From Chiloscyllium plagiosum (Eukaryota): 64,000 nucleotides of DNA. Position 1 is the first letter of the stretch. Every line of letters starts with the position of its first letter. The translations under genes and the position numbers were made by a program. A model generated the notes under the pieces. The model did no database searches, had not been told where the DNA came from, and worked only from the letters and a program-made list of their open reading frames with translations. Where the stretch lies: the NCBI RefSeq assembly GCF_004010195.1, contig NC_057756.1:2280007-2344006 (forward strand). Reading direction: 5' to 3'. Positions 12,991 to 27,488 of the stretch are shown here, piece after piece.

Positions 12991-14220
12991 CTTCTGTCAG
13001 TGTAGTTGCATCATTATGGCAATCATAGAGGGAGGCAGGGAAAAAGATATATTTTCATCCATGCAGTTTGAGCGTGCTTTTGCGTCTGCAAGTGTTTGTA
13101 GTATATATCTTGTGTGGGCAGCGATATTCTCTCCATGTGTGGATTATTATATGTGCCTGGATTAATTTTCATGAAGCTGCATGGTTTACAAACACAGCGA
13201 GGCAATCCTTTACTGTATATATCGTTTATGTATTTTTTTTATTCTCTAACCTGTCTCATGTATGCGAGTTGTACTACTTGTTCCATTACTCTACAGCACG
13301 AACACCTTTTTGAGAAGTAACAATATATTTGGACAAGAGTGTTATGTTTTTTCTGCTGACTATTTGCTGAACAATGGATCAGGATGATTGACAATGAACT
13401 TCTACTTCAATGGACCCTAAAATGTGATGTGTTCATATTTTAATATGATGTGAATTTTCTTTCAACCATCTACCCTTCTCGAGGAAGTCCTCTGTTCTCT
13501 TCGAAAGAACATCAAAATAGCTGATGCAATAGCACTGTGCATACATTGCCTTCTTCGTGTCAAAGTTTACTATACTGTATAAGACCATAAGACATCGGAG
13601 CTGAAATTAGGCTATTCAGCCAATCGAGTCTGCTCTGCCATTCAATCATGGCTGATACATTTTTCATCCCCATTCTCTTGCCTTCTCCCCTTAACCCTTG
13701 ATCTTCTTGACATTCAAGAACTTATCTGACTCGTTCATAAATATTTCCTACAGAAATAATGAACCGATTCACAATATGATTTTTCCGTTTTCTCCAGTGA
13801 TGCCTCTACTATTTCGTTTCCTTATTTAAAAAAATGCAAAGCGTTTCCATCCACGCCAGAGACTTTACAATTATTCACTTGGAATAGTACTATTCAATTG
13901 CGATTCGTCAGAAGATTTCTTGCTGCCAGGTTTGTTTCTGGAAAACCGAGGTATAGATTCATATTTGCTTCAATGCCATTTTGATACAGACTTGAAAGTA
14001 GTTGACTTTAGTTGTTCCATTTCAAACAGAATAAAGTGTTCCACAATCTGTTTACATAGTATTTGTCTTCAACAGAACTGGAGCAAAGACACCGGAGATC
14101 AATAGAAGGATTGAACGACAATGGTTCGTATCTTTCAAACTATTTCATACAAATGTTCTAATATTAAATCAATTGATCACATCGGCGGCTATATTCATCA
14201 TCATCTAATTTAAAACGTAA
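12991..14220 (+). pseudogene. Trypsin-like domain relic c
   Basis: IIEGGRE (13022), LCG/AAIFSP/WII (13110-13150), IRMIDNE..TLKCDV..FLSTIYP..PLFSS (13378-13503), E*YYS..ARFVSG/GIDSY (13880-13964), DTG..NDNGSY (14088-14131). Confidence 0.75.
13581..13740 (-). mobile_element. CR1 LINE 3' tail fragment
   Basis: (cataagac)n tail followed by ggagctgaaattaggctattcagcc..tcaatcatggctgat. Confidence 0.8.
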
Positions 14221-14859
14221 ATTTTATTTTATACTAATTGACAAATTATCAAAATACACTAACCATTATTAGAACTGGTACGACTGCCTGTCATACACTA
14301 AATCCTTCTTGCTAAACACGTATCTGTACTTCAGCTGAGATTTTCTTAAATCATATTCATGTTTTATCCACGTTACTTAACAAATTAAAAGCCGAATTTC
14401 TCTTTTTCTTATACTTGGAATGTCAAGTGCGAAAGGATGCCTTACCAAAAAATAAAACCCCACAGTGAACAAACAGAATATAAATACTAAGTTTTCCTAC
14501 TTTGCACAGCACGATAAAGCTACTGATATCTTATTTAAAACAACTAAAATGTCATACTGATAATGATTGGCTTGATTTCAAGATGAACGGGACTAAGCAT
14601 GGACAAAACTAAACATAACAAACGATATGATGACCAAAGCTACACCAATGTCAACAACAGTCGTTCCTGATTCGAATTATGTTTTCTTCTTCAATCCTTA
14701 CAAAATAAAAGAAAAGTCTTGGTTATCGCCATAGCATAGTCTGGGTGTTGAGGGAGTGGAGGGATGTGAATGCTCTGGGATGTGATGTGAAATACATGAG
14801 ATGCATAATGCAATTTAATTTTGAAAAACGAATTAGAACAAACAATGTTGTTAGCCCAT

Positions 14860-15140
14860 TACAGTATTAAGGAAGGAATGCTGAAGGATTATCTGCGACA
14901 GTGACAATAGTTTTGCAGATTTGAAGCAATCGAAATTAGTAACAGATATGTAGCATAATTTATTTACTGTACATATGTGCGTTGATCATTAGCTTAGCGC
15001 GAGCTTGAGTTGGCAAAAACAATTGAACTGTCTAACTGGGAAAGGAGCAATGAAAAAGCAAAGCACATTGAGTGGTGCAAGTATATCGAACAAAAACGTC
15101 TTCACTTCGAAACTAGAAAATCTACGTTATATCCCTATTT
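14860..15140 (+). pseudogene. Possible CUB domain relic
   Basis: After an acceptor at ~14863: KEC*RIICDSDN...HNL/YCTYV; very degenerate. Confidence 0.3.
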
Positions 15141-15199
15141 TCCATAAATGATCTGTCGTTAAGTAAAAAAAAAAAGACAGCTCTCTGATTTCAGTCTTA

Positions 15200-15890
15200 A
15201 TTAGCTATCCAAATTACAAATGCAGCTGGGGAACAACCAAAAGAAAATATGAGGTGGATTGGAATCCTTGCGTTACTGTGCAGTTAGATTTGAATGGAAA
15301 TCCTATAGATCCATATCTTAAAACTTATGATAGTGTATAGGTATTGGAAGTAGACGTTTGCATAACATTGCAGAATTGATACATTGGCCTAAGAACGAAT
15401 ACAACCGTATTTTACAAGAATACTACGTGAGCTTCATGGACGAAGGTATGGACAGAGGTTATACATAAAAGACCACTTTTCCTCCAGAATTTCGGAGATT
15501 AAGTTGTTATCTGATTGAAGCCTTAAAGATATTGATAGGAAAAGAACTGTTAATTAAAGCAAAAAAAAAAGCAATCGATTTGTTGGTGATTCGAAAACCG
15601 CGAAGCACGTAATATAGTCGAAGACGTTGGGCCAAGCCGTTCAGAACAGTTCATAGGAAACAATTCTTCTGAAAATGGGTGGTAGATGTTTGGACCTATA
15701 TTTTATGAACATGCCTGCATGCTGAGTCAGTTGTTTACTTTAAATCTGAGGAACATAATTCATCATTAATCAAAAGTTTTAATGTGTTTGCATTAAACGA
15801 TTAGGCAAAGACGCAGGCATTGGGTTAAATCGCAATCTCTATGAATGGTCGAACAGGCTTAAGAGGTTGAATGATCTACCACTGTTTCTG
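15200..15890 (+). mobile_element. Old CR1-like LINE 3' fragment
   Basis: Degenerate CR1 C-terminus/3' UTR (atctgattgaagcc..aagatattgatagga; gaacaggcttaagaggttgaatgatctacc). Confidence 0.65.
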
Positions 15891-16177
15891 CGATGTATAT
15901 TGAATTTGAAACGGAAGGAGATATCCTGGGAGCAAGCCCCCTGGTTACAGAACGCGCATTTTGTCTACATCAGTGAAATTCGAAACATAACATGCACACT
16001 CTCCTCCTTTTCAGAAATGTAGAATTAAGATTGCTTACTGCTGAGGGATCGAATCTGCAGCTTCCAGCAGAATTTACATGTAAATGAATGCAACATTTAA
16101 ATGGCTTGTATAAAGAAGAATTTAGAAAAATTCGAAGTTGAAATAAAGAATGGATTTTCTGTCATTCGGTGGTGTCA

Positions 16178-18070
16178 CTTGGCCAGAAGTACGGGTCGTT
16201 GTTACTTTTCTTTGTTGCTTTCCTCTCACCACGTCTCAAAACTGGTGAGCAATAGAAACATGACTTTCTTTTTATAGCTAATCTGAACGGTTCCCTTAGA
16301 GTTGTGAAGTTAAGCAATTATTTTCGGCGACATAAGATTGCATATATCAATGTAATTGGTAATGAACACGGAACTTGCTCACATAACCACACAATGATCT
16401 GAATAGATGGTAGATCATTCTCTTCCTACCCAAACACTGCAGAGTAGAGCTACGAATACCAGTGATACATAAATGTGAATAAAATGCATTAAAACAAAAC
16501 AATTTAGCGATGGAAATAAAAATTACAAAGGAAGAGGAGGAAAGAAATAGGTACACCGAATGAAATGCTCTGTTGAGAAAGAAACAAGTAATAATCACGT
16601 AAGCCTATGAACTGTGAGTATGGGGATCCAGATACACAAAATAAATGCTTAAAATATTACTAAAAACAAATAAAACTTCAAACGGGCTAGACTACACTCC
16701 ATCAAAGTACATCAAGTTCTGTGTGTAGATCATAAGTTGTACTTCATTTAAAGGCAAGTGAAAAGTCCTGTCTTTCACATAGAATTCGCTTGGTCTATTG
16801 CTAAACATTTGAATAAAACACGTATTTCCCTGACCACACAGTTAAAACATAAACAGAAAATAGAAGAGTTGGCATAATTCTAAATCAGTTGCAATACTTA
16901 CTAAATAAACACTAACTGAGTGCTAATTACACCTGTATCTATAAAACTGCATTAAATAAACGTTGGCAAAGGAAAATTCAGCAAAACACGTTTTCCTGCT
17001 ATCTGCCTTCCAGGCCAATCGCAAGAAACGTTGAAAGAAGCAATCCAGCAGCTGAAGGAGAACTCACCTTGTGGTTGTAGCATGTAAACAGCTGTATCTC
17101 TGAACTTCAATGGCTAAAATCCGGACTGAAATCAAAATTAAGGGCCTTGATCTATAAGAGCCTAACTCCACCCATTTGTAATTATTTTGTCCAATTAAAA
17201 TAAAAGACTGTCTGGAAGCTGCAACCTGTTTAGCTCCAGTATCTAGGAGAAAATGGGATGTAGATACCGGAGATCAGAGTCAAAAAGTGCCCTGCGGGAA
17301 ACGTTGAGCCAATCTGGCAGCAGCGGAAGGGGCAGCAGAATTGTCGCTTCTCGCATTAGCCTTCATCAGGAACAAATTATGAAGAGCTTATGCTCGACGA
17401 CTCTACTTCTCTCTGACCAGTTGTGCTTTTCTCGTGGCACACTTTCCACTTACGGTATCTAATGAACATTGTGCATTTGAAACAAATAGCACAGGGGACG
17501 ATATTTTCAAGTGATTGAGTCTATTAAATTGTTTGCTATAAAAAAACGTTGTGGTGACCAACAATAGCAGAGAAGTACTTTAAGCGAGAAACAGTGAATA
17601 TTGGAGCCAAGCTCTGTACAACCAGAAACAGTACGAACTTTTAGAATTCAGTACAACTCCAATTCTGACGTATGTACTGAATATGCCGAAATGATAAGTC
17701 AAGGATTTGCGCACATTCATAGACAAAGCAAAAGTAAAATCATATTACAGTAAGAAAGAAACACATTCATTGGCATTCACTTGTCATCCGCCAGTTAAGG
17801 TATTTTATTTTCTCTTCAAGCTTTCAGACAATTTGTTTTTAGCAATTCTTGCTGATTTGGTGGATGCCAGTCATCTTAATGGTTAAAATGATAATTAAGC
17901 GGTTTTCCTACTATTCTGCAGGGAATAAAATTTAACATATATCTACATAAATTTGATGTCAATTGGCATTGTCAGTAATACTGGCGAACTTTGTTTTGGG
18001 TATTCCATTTTCCTGTTTGTTACCAGTCCACGATGTTACAATATTTGCCTTCACATGGATTTCCTGTAAT
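16178..18070 (+). pseudogene. Trypsin-like domain relic d
   Basis: WPEV(C)G (16180), PRLKTGE, NW/VM..AH, RW*IIL, YKTAL.K, FSK..PAICLP (17001), EYWS (17596), GIVS..G.LC (17965), AFTWI (18056). Confidence 0.7.
17242..17455. mobile_element. Decayed palindromic Penelope-derived element
   Basis: Resembles 7261-7390 followed by a degenerate inverted copy. Confidence 0.7.
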
Positions 18071-18139
18071 TTATTTTTTAATCGAAGTATTGAAATGTGA
18101 CTGTGAAAACACCCTGGGTCACAAGTCCAGAAACCTATG

Positions 18140-18502
18140 GGTGTTTAGTTAATCATGAGGAGCATGGTATGTAAAGAGGCAATGTCTTTTACCTGTTTTG
18201 AGGGTGTTCAGACAAAGGGGCAAGCTTTAAGGTGAGAGGGGATATCATTGAAAGTCACCTGATGACAGCTTTTTCATGCAAAGTGTGGCCCTAGTATGGA
18301 ATGAGATGCCTGAAGAAGTGTTGGAGGTTAGTAAAATGCCAATATTTAAAAGGCATCTGGGTGTGTTTATGGATTGGAGGGATTTAGAGGGATTTGTGCA
18401 ATTTGTTAGCAAAGGGGAGCAAATTAATTTAAGATACCTGATTAATATGGACAAGTTGGACCAAAAGGTCTGTTTCCCTGCTGCATATTTCTATGACTCT
18501 AT
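18140..18502 (+). mobile_element. CR1/HER1 LINE 3' end fragment
   Basis: VALVWNEMPEEVLE..FKRHL; tail ctatgactctat. Confidence 0.9.
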
Positions 18503-18799
18503 CAACTAATGCTACCACCCGTGATTTCCACCATGGCACATTGGGTAACTTGAATTAAATCTAAATATGTAATGGATACGACATGAATGACCAACCTGGT
18601 TCATTAATTCCCTTTAAAGAAGGCGTGATGTCACAGTTAGCTGACGTCTTGATTCATTACCGAATTAAATGGTCTTGATTCATTACCGAATTAAGCCCGG
18701 GAATAAACTTAACTAGAGGGTAACTCAACGACTGGTACTATATTATAGTTGGCTGACGAATGGCTACGCAATTTAAAGTTGCATAAAAAAAAAGCTATG

Positions 18800-20950
18800 T
18801 TCCAATTTGTGGCAGATTATTCCCTTCTTCCCAAAAGGTCTGAGAGAAGAACATGAGGGTAAGAATAAAAAATAAGCTTTCATCGCATTTTTATGAGACA
18901 TGGCGAATACTTTAGTGAAACTGATGATAAGACGAAAGATTCGCAGCAAACGTTCATAAAGACTAACTAAAAACACGTACTCTGGGATGGAGGGAAAAAA
19001 GTTGGAGAGATGCATTTCTAAATTAATTATTTGATGCATGATAATAGATGCAGTTCGTTGATTTTGCATTAGTTATACATTGTGATTAATGCAATCATAT
19101 TGCCGAATTAACCGTGTTCTAAATATTTTCATATTGACATTAAGAAGAGGAGAAAAAAAGAGGAAAAACCATTTCGAGTGCGAGCCCACGAAGACCAATG
19201 TCAAAATCAAGAAGTATTACTGAGTTTTTTACTTAGACACAGATCTAGATTTTATTCTCTGAACTGTGTGTGGTCAGACACACGACTTCCCTGGAATTTT
19301 AACAGGAAAGAATGTATTGTATTTTAACTCCATGTCGGCAATATAGTTTTCTCGGACTTTGTGACAAACAAATGCTTACACAATGCCTTTGTCTTGCTCC
19401 ATTTATAACTGCTTCCCAACTGAAAACGATATTTGCATTGAAAGTTTAAGAGATTATTTCCTAAATTTTTCGTATGTTTCAGAATCGTATAATGATTCAA
19501 AAAATAATCTTGTTTTCACTGCAAATGGTAATGCTAAACGTAACGAAAGGAAATCTAAATACTTCGAGCTTTATTGCCGCAGGATTGTTTCCCGGGAGAC
19601 ACAAAACAAATCAATTCCTATAATGTCAAATGTCACACAACAGCAGATTAGAGAACATCATGCTTTTTTGAAGTGCTTCCAAATTAGCCTGTGATACTAT
19701 AATCTGCTGTTGAGTGATCTTTAACTTCATACACACCAGTACAACGCCAGAACCTCCATAATCAATTCCTACCATGCGACTTTGTTACCTAACTAATTCC
19801 AGCAAGATTGTTTCTCCAAACCCTATGAAAAAAAACTTCAAAAGGATAAGTAGGCAAAGTCTTATCCTTGGGTATGGGGAGTCCAGTCCCGACGGCATGG
19901 GTTTAGAACGGGTGGGAAAAGACTTAAAAGGCAACAATGTGGTAACGTTTACATTCAAAGGCTATGTGTGCAGAGAATGATCTTCTGGAGGAAGTGGTGG
20001 AGATTGGTAAAGCTATGATATTTAAAAGTCATCTGCCATGTTTATAATGATGCCCATTATTGATACTTTCAATTTCCAGAAATTCACTTTAGGAGGCCAA
20101 TTGATGTCAACATTTCGATAAAAAAAAAACTGTACAGAAACAATGTGGTTAGTTTATTTTGAAATAGACTCTAATGTTGCTCACCAGGACCAGAAGTAAA
20201 GTGAAAGAGCATGTTCAAGTCTAAAAGGCCCTGAAAACTTCTTTTTTTTCCTGACTTTCGCCAATGACTAATAACATGTCACATCTTGTCACCACTGTAA
20301 GATATAACATGAAGATAGCAATGCAATGTGTGACGATGCTGCTATTTGCAAAGGTTTGTTGTCCTGTTCTTGTTTTTTTTGTAGACAAATTGTAAAGGCA
20401 GAAATAACTACTGAAAACGGCTTAAGTAAATAAAATTCGCGGCCTTTAGGTTAAAAAAAATACAATTTGACAAATGAAAGCAGAGTGGCCATCAATCACA
20501 GACCAGACGTTCTACCTTTATTTTTATTTGTAGCAATCTGAAGCTGTTTGCCGTCCCAGAAGAGGTGAAAGCTTCAGTAAACAATTCCTAGCTTTCTCTG
20601 CAATCTCTCTTCATGTTGTTACCTCCTAGATTGGAGAAATACATGCAAGAATATATGGTGCAAAGGAGTGTATTTCTTAAATTTTAGTCGATTGGAACAT
20701 TTAATTAGCAATAGATACTACATCTCATAAACAGTAAAGTTTTGCAAATGTTAAGCTATTCGAAATTCCTCTTTCGATTTTTCGTATTTGACCATTTTGC
20801 TGAAAAAAAAAATTGCGTTCTTCAGAAAGTCGAGATGTTTGTCAGACACATCGGATCTGGAATGTAAACTTCACATCTCCATTTAAAATAAGAAAACGAT
20901 AGGGTCTACGCAGCATTCGTAAGATGTTTTGAAGTTGTTTGTTCTCGTTC
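18800..20950 (+). pseudogene. Three CUB domain relics
   Basis: ICGRLF..TWRIL..VCGQ..PGILTGKNVLYFNS (18800-19350); 103-aa ORF 19383-19694 ending KCFQIS; 20534-20950 AVC..GE/DW..YFLNFSRLE/DVC..FTS/RCFEV with acceptors at 20533, 20628, 20825. Confidence 0.5.
19810..20040 (+). mobile_element. CR1 LINE 3' fragment
   Basis: ggataagtaggcaaagtctt..ggggagtccag..ggcatgggtttag..gaggaagtggtggag. Confidence 0.7.
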
Positions 20951-21247
20951 ATAACAAATTCAATAATGACATGTTTCTCCCCGCTTCTTGGACACGTCGT
21001 TCCTTGAATCTAATCTACAAGAAGGAAGCTGGAAGCGCACAGCAAGACAGGTCGCATCAGTAGCCGGAGAAGTTAAAACTTCAGGTGTCACCGCTGTCCA
21101 TATTTTTTGAATCTGTTCACTGACTTGAAAGTTTTGCGTTTGCTCTGAATTCTGACTGAATTGGAAATCGATCTTTTCTGTCTTAGTTTGTAATCTATGT
21201 ACATTCTAAAAAAAGGTGTTTTAATTGTTTCCATTCTGATCCTTCAG

Positions 21248-21268
21248 ATTTGAAGAATTGCAAAGAAG
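21248..21268 (+). pseudogene. 21-nt micro-exon with intact splice sites
   Basis: ccttcag|ATTTGAAGAATTGCAAAGAAG|gtaatg; 15/21 identical to 42112-42132. Confidence 0.5.
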
Positions 21269-22549
21269 GTAATGATGTCAAAACTATTACGTTTTTCTAC
21301 GTGAAGGTCAGCTACTTTGTGCGAGGGTGCAGAAGAAAGGGATTTAATTATCCTTCAATACTGGAAACCAAAATCTATTTTATTGTGTGTGTCACAATTG
21401 GCAACAAAAGTTTCACCTCATTTTCTGATTACTAAATGCACGCTAGTTTGGCAATGGCAGTGTGTTCACAGTATTTCTCAGCGAAATGGTTTCGAAGTGA
21501 TTGGGTCACAAAACATAATGGCTCAACATATTTGAGCCCAGAACAAATTCACTTATAGAATCATATTGTATCTGTCAGCGAGACTGTAAACTGACTAAAA
21601 TGTGGAGAGAGTGTCACTAATTTTGGTATTGTTTCTATGATTAGCAGTAACGAATGAAGAGAGGCAGAGGCAAAGTTAAAAAAAATAGATTTGATTAGAC
21701 AGTGTTGATGTGTTATACAGTTAAGAATGAGGTGAAGGAGGTTGTGAGGTAGAGGCAGGAAATGAAGAAGACTTGGGAAGATGGAAAGAGACAGAGAGAT
21801 AATGGATGGTGTGAGACCTTTCATATTCTAATGAACAAACAAAACAAGAATAGTGAGTGTCACGTCAGTCCCATGACTCAAGAGTTCACTCTTCTATGAT
21901 GTATATTTGGTAATTTTACTTGGCAATAAATATAAGAGAAACCTCGTTAATTTCTCTTTGCATAATGAACAAACATTTTAAATGGATATCGTAACACAGC
22001 GATCAAATGTAAATTGCTGAAGGCACAATTGTTATGTTGTTTGCGTGTCTTTTTGCCTCTCTAAACTTGCCTTGGACTTTCATTGTTTTAAAAGTTTGCT
22101 TACGTTAGACAACTTACCACTTTGTGAGTGATCCTTTTGATATGCTATAAGATTTATCTAATATACGAAACGAACATAGCCTATATGAGTTCGCAAACAC
22201 TGTAACCTCCCTTGAAGGCTTGAGCCATGAGATGAGCCAGTCATTGGAAATAGTCTTGTCATATTTCACTTCCTCCGGGGTGACAGTTTAACTTCCATAC
22301 CGAAAATAATAGAGATTTTTGTCACATAATTTCTACTTCTACTTTGCAATCACGATGAACCACAGGCAGTGAGGTTTATCTACAGAAATGACCCATTAAC
22401 TATGAAACTGCGAAAGATAATATGTGATCTCAATTTTGTCAGCACTGAAGCATTTTTAGGAAAAATGAGGAAATGATGAGTATTGGCGGTATCATTTCAC
22501 TTCAACTTTGAAAGAAATACCAGAATTTGCAAATAACCAATTGATACAG

Positions 22550-24230
22550 AGTCGACCAAGTTCGCGGTGCTGCTCCAATGGCCACAGAATAATGGCAGAA
22601 GTGCAACTACGTTGATGAATGTGTATAAAAGAAGATAAACAAACAGATGGATCAACCTATTGAGCTGAAAGTTTGCTGTTCCAAGGAAACAGTGAACAAA
22701 ATGAGAAATTAAATGCCAAATAAAATCACATTTACCTATACTGGTTGAACGATTCATTGCAGTAATCAACAAATTCTCAAATTCACTTTTGCAAAATGTA
22801 AGACACAAAAATTGTTTAGCAGTGATGATCTTTTGTATTGTGAAAATGCGATACACTACTTGTTTTTGATACCACATCACGAATGATCAGATATTCCTGT
22901 ACATACTCCCATACGTGAAGAAATAGGTAAATAAACAAGATAAACGCGTAATGCTCCCAAGGGGTGTTCCACCAAGGTTTCAGTTTGGTCAGTTTTGTGA
23001 GTAAGCAATACTAAAATCTTGGAATCCTCACTCAGTACTCTCACAAAAAAAGGAATCCAAAGTGTACGGTTAATTAGTTATATTTTGAGTAAATAACAAA
23101 TTGCATTTCTATTTTGAAATAACAAGGATGAGCTAATATAATGGCTGCTGCAGGCAGTTTACTTGTCCTGAAATAAATAGCCGTCGTCTGGAATTGGAAT
23201 CAAATAAGTAATCTATTATTGCAATGAGTTGGAATTTTGCCAAAGTTGAATATTGTAAGATCCCAATATACCATCCAACAAAACCCACTGCAATTTTCAG
23301 TTTTTGCTCTTAAACACTGGTGATTTCTGGCAATCAATGCGATTTGTTATATCTGAAGAATTGATGCACTGCTCAGCCATTGATACTTACAGTTAGTTTA
23401 GCCTTTCAAGGTGATTAAACAAATACACAGGCTGTGTGATTGTGCAAGAGATCAAGTAAATGAACAATTTTTATTCACATCTAATTGAAAAATCTGTATA
23501 TTCCAGAACAAAACTTGACGTTTGAAGAAATTATGAGCACAAAGGTCCTTTTTTCATTTTAATGAACAGGAATCCACAATGCTCTTGGCAAACCTGACAA
23601 CGCTCAGCAGAATTGTAAGGAGCCAGGATTTCTTGGTGTAAAGCCAAGTGTTCAGTGTAATTTAAAATGTACTGAGCGCTGATCAATTTGGAAATCGAAA
23701 ATTGAACTTATGATAGACAATTATGATTTATGAGTAATCTTCTAATCAGGAAGATAATAATGCAAAAAATTGCCACATTGGCAGTCTTCTTTAAAAAAAA
23801 CATTTTAATGCAAGTCAACCTGCAGAAGTGTTAAATAATCCTCTGGATTAACTATTTTATAAATGTATGTTAGTCTTTCCCTCCATCTTCTGAGAGGAAA
23901 ATAAATGTTCTTCGGTTAAATCATTGTTTGCCTTCGATGAATGTACAAATGTGTCTGCATATTTCTTTATTTACTTGTTGCATTTATTCATGCACAAAAC
24001 ATATTTCCTCTTTAAGAAGGCACAAATTTAGCCAAATCCAGTCTTTCAGCACCTCACTTGTGGTTATGTCGGTGATGAAAGTATATTAAATGCCAGATGT
24101 CCGAATAATTGCGAACAGTCTCCACAATATCTTTTGGAGATTCCTGTCTAAAACATCAAAAATTGTCTTGCCTCAGTTTAGAATGTTAACATGTAGAAAA
24201 GAATTATCGTTTCCTATAGTTTTATTTACA
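22550..24230 (+). pseudogene. Trypsin-like domain relic e
   Basis: WPQNNG (22579), LS*KFAV, PLQFSVF..AICYI (23285-23353), NCKEPGFLG (23611), GD../KCQ..ISFGDSC..QKLS (24071-24168). Confidence 0.65.
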
Positions 24231-27200
24231 ACTGTTAACATTATACCCATTATTCCCAAAGTGATCCACTACTACCACCACTGCCACCTGCCTGCCTTAT
24301 TTCCAAGAAGCGGGCTGAAATTTGCCACTGAACTGCTAAGGCAATGTTAACATTGATTTAAAATGTTTTATGGAACACAATAAACAAATTCCTTCACGTA
24401 CAGGCCCTTAGAAAGGTGCAGTCCAATGTTACGTTTTGAGATGTATAAACCCATACTATTACAAACCCGACACTCCTTTTACAGTATTCGTGCTCCCCCA
24501 ACGTATTTCCTCCTGTATTTCCCGCTGGTAATTAGAATAATCGAATACCTGCAAGTGTCTTATTAATAGATATTACTTTTTATTTTTTAAAATCAAGTGT
24601 TTCACTCAGATTAATGCAAAAAAAACTTTAGAATCCGGTGTGTGCAGTTGCCGGCAGAAAGTAATTTTGATCATAACACATAAACCTTAAATCAGGTTCA
24701 GATGTGATTGATAAAAGAAAAACAAAAGCCTACAAAGAACATAGAACATATAAACGTACAACACAAAACAGGTCCTTTGGCCCACGATGTTGTGCCGAGG
24801 TTTACATAGAAAATATAATAACGTAACCTACTCACCCTCAACTCACTGCTATCCATGTGCCTGTTCAGCAGTCGCTTCAATGTCCCTAATGACTCTGCTA
24901 CCACCACTACCGCTGACAACGCATTCCGTGCATTCACAACTCTCTGCAGAAAGAACCTGCCTCTGACGTCTCCTCGACACCTTTCCCCGAATATCTTAAA
25001 ACTGTGACCCCTCGTATCCATCAATCCGTGCCCCGTGGAAAAGTCTGTGACTATTGACTCTATCTATTCCTCTCATTATCTTGTCGACCTCATACAGGTC
25101 ACCTCTCTTCCTCCTTCACTCCAGAGAAAAATAAGGGTGAGCTTTTTAAAACTTTCTTCCTAATGCAAGCCCTCCAGTCCAGGAAGCATCCTGGTAAACC
25201 TTCTTTGCACCCTCTCCAAAGCCTCTGTATCCTGTCTATAATAGGACGATCAGAACTGGACGCAATCTTCCAAGTGTGGTCTCACCAGGACTGCTAGAGA
25301 CGTAGCAAACCTCACGGCTTTTAAGCTCTAATCTCCATGTTAAAGAAAGTCAAAACACCGTATGCGTTCTTAACAACCCTATCCACCTGGGCGGTAACAT
25401 TGAGGGATCTATGTACTTGCACACCCAGATTCCTCTGTTCCTCCAGACTCTCAAGAATCCCGTCTTTAATTCTATATTCAGCATTCGAGTTCGAACTTCC
25501 AAAATGCATCACTTCGCATTTATCCACGTTGAACACCATCTGCAATTTCATGTCTATGTCGCACTGCAGACTGCAATAGCCCTCGATACTATCGACAACA
25601 TTTGCAAACTTTGTGTCATCTGCAAATGTACAAACCCACCCCTCCACCTCCTCCTCCATGTCTTTTATAAAAAAACTACAAAGAGCAGAGGCCCAAGAAC
25701 AGAGACCTGCGGACCACACTCAACACTGACCTTCAGGCAGAATACTTTCAATTTACAACCATTCTCTACCTTCTGTCATTCAACCAATTCTGAATCCAGG
25801 TAGCCAAATCTCCCTGTATCCCATACATCCTGACGCTATAAAAGAGCCTGTCTTGGGGAACATTATCAAATGCCTGGCTCAAGTCTATATGCACCACATC
25901 CACTGCTCGACCTTCATCAACCTGTCTTGTCACCGCCTGAAAGATCACAACAAGATTCGTGAAGAATGATCTACTCCTCACAAAGCCATGCTGACTGTCT
26001 TTAATCACGCTATGTTTTGCCAAATAGTCAAAGAGCCTATCCCTCAGAATTCTTTCCAAAGATTTGCTAACCACAGACGTAAGACTGACTGATCTGTCAT
26101 TACCTGTGATTTGCTGATTAGTCTTCTTGAAAAGAGAAGCATCATTTTCTTCCTTCATATCCTCCGGTATGACACCCGTGGAGAGTGAGGAGGCAAAGAT
26201 CTTCGACAGTGGCTTAACAACCTCCTTTCCCGTTTCCTAGAGAAGCCTAGGATAAATCTGGTCTGAGCCTGGGGACTTATCAATCTTAATGTTTTCCAAA
26301 GTGTTTGGGACATAAACTTCATCAATCTTGATCATGTAAAGCCTACATCCCAGATCCTCAAAGCTCCTCAATGGTCCCTTTCCTTCGAGAAAACTGAAGC
26401 AATATACTAATTTAGGACTTCACCTATCTGCTCAGACTCCACGCACAAGTTCCCTACGCTATCCTCATCGACCCTACCTTCTCCCTTATCATTGTCTTAT
26501 TCCTCACATATGAGTAAAATGGCTTTGCGTTCTGCTTAATCCTATTTGTCGACCCTTTTTCGTGCCCCCTTCTGGCTCTCCTCTGTCCATTTCTGAGCTC
26601 CTTTCTAGCAAGCCTGTAATCCTCTAAAGCTATGCTAAATCCTTGATTCCGTCACTAAACGTAGGCTGCCTTCTTCCTTTTGACGAGAAGCTCCTCTTTT
26701 CTCGTCATCCAAGGTTCCCTTTCTTACTTGTCTCAGAGGAATAAATGCGTGCAACACCAGCAAAAACTACTCCTTAAACAGTCTCCACATGTCTGCTGTG
26801 CCCTTTCTATGGAACAATTGCTCCAAGTCTGTACTTCCCAACTCTTATCTGACAGCGATAACTCCCTTTTCCACAATTAAATATCCTCCGTCTGTAACTG
26901 CTCCTTTCCCTCTCTCAGGCTGTTAAATTTTAGGCAGTTGTGATCACTGTCCCAGCACGAGATCTGAAATCTGCCCTGGCTCATTTCTGAGCACCAATCC
27001 TAAATGACCTCTTCCTCGTCGGTCTGTTCACATATTAAGTTAGGAAACCCTCCCGAACACACTTGCCAAACAACGGCTCCATCCAAACCATCTGCACTTC
27101 GGAGGTTCCAGTCGATATTGGGAAAGTTGAAATCACTCATAACTACAACCATGCTCCCTCTGCATTTTGCAGAATCTGCCCACCTCTGCTTTCTTCAATC

Positions 27201-27376
27201 ACTCTACTGCTATTAGGTGGTCTGTAGAAAACCCCCAATGCGGTGGCTGCTTCCTTGCTGTTCCTGACTTCCACCCAGCAGACAGACCTTCCTCAAAAAC
27301 CTTCGTTGCTGTATCTATGATGCACACTCTGATTAGCAATGCTACACCCCCCTGCTCGTTTTCCATCCTCTCTGTT

Positions 27377-27488
27377 CTAGATTAGATTAGATTAGATTAC
27401 AGTGTGGAAACAGGCCCTTCGGCCCAACAAGTCCACACCGACCCGCCGAAGCGAAACCCACCCATACCCCTACATTTACCCCTTACCT
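27377..27488 (-). mobile_element. Young HE1-type SINE 3' end with (TCTAA)n tail, nested in CR1 and cut by the assembly gap
   Basis: (tagat)n-acagtgtggaaacaggcccttcggcccaacaagtccacac; homologous to the 3' end of 58915-59233 and CpG-rich. Confidence 0.85.

Noticed and set aside
14446..14496. Minus-strand 51-nt hydrophobic signal-peptide-like exon
   Set aside because: Poor acceptor, T-rich composition explains the hydrophobicity, and no following domain exon.
17040..17200. Minus-strand promoter and first exon (ATTGG, GGGTGGAG, TATA-like, AAG|GTGAGT)
   Set aside because: Short motifs occur by chance, no coherent downstream minus-strand exon chain was found, and the region overlaps the + strand ICLP protease pseudo-exon.
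18646..18694. 23-bp direct repeat (gtcttgattcattaccgaattaa x2) as a CRISPR-like or regulatory repeat
   Set aside because: Only two copies with a 3-nt spacer; an ordinary local duplication. No CRISPR, rRNA or true tRNA gene was seen in the window.
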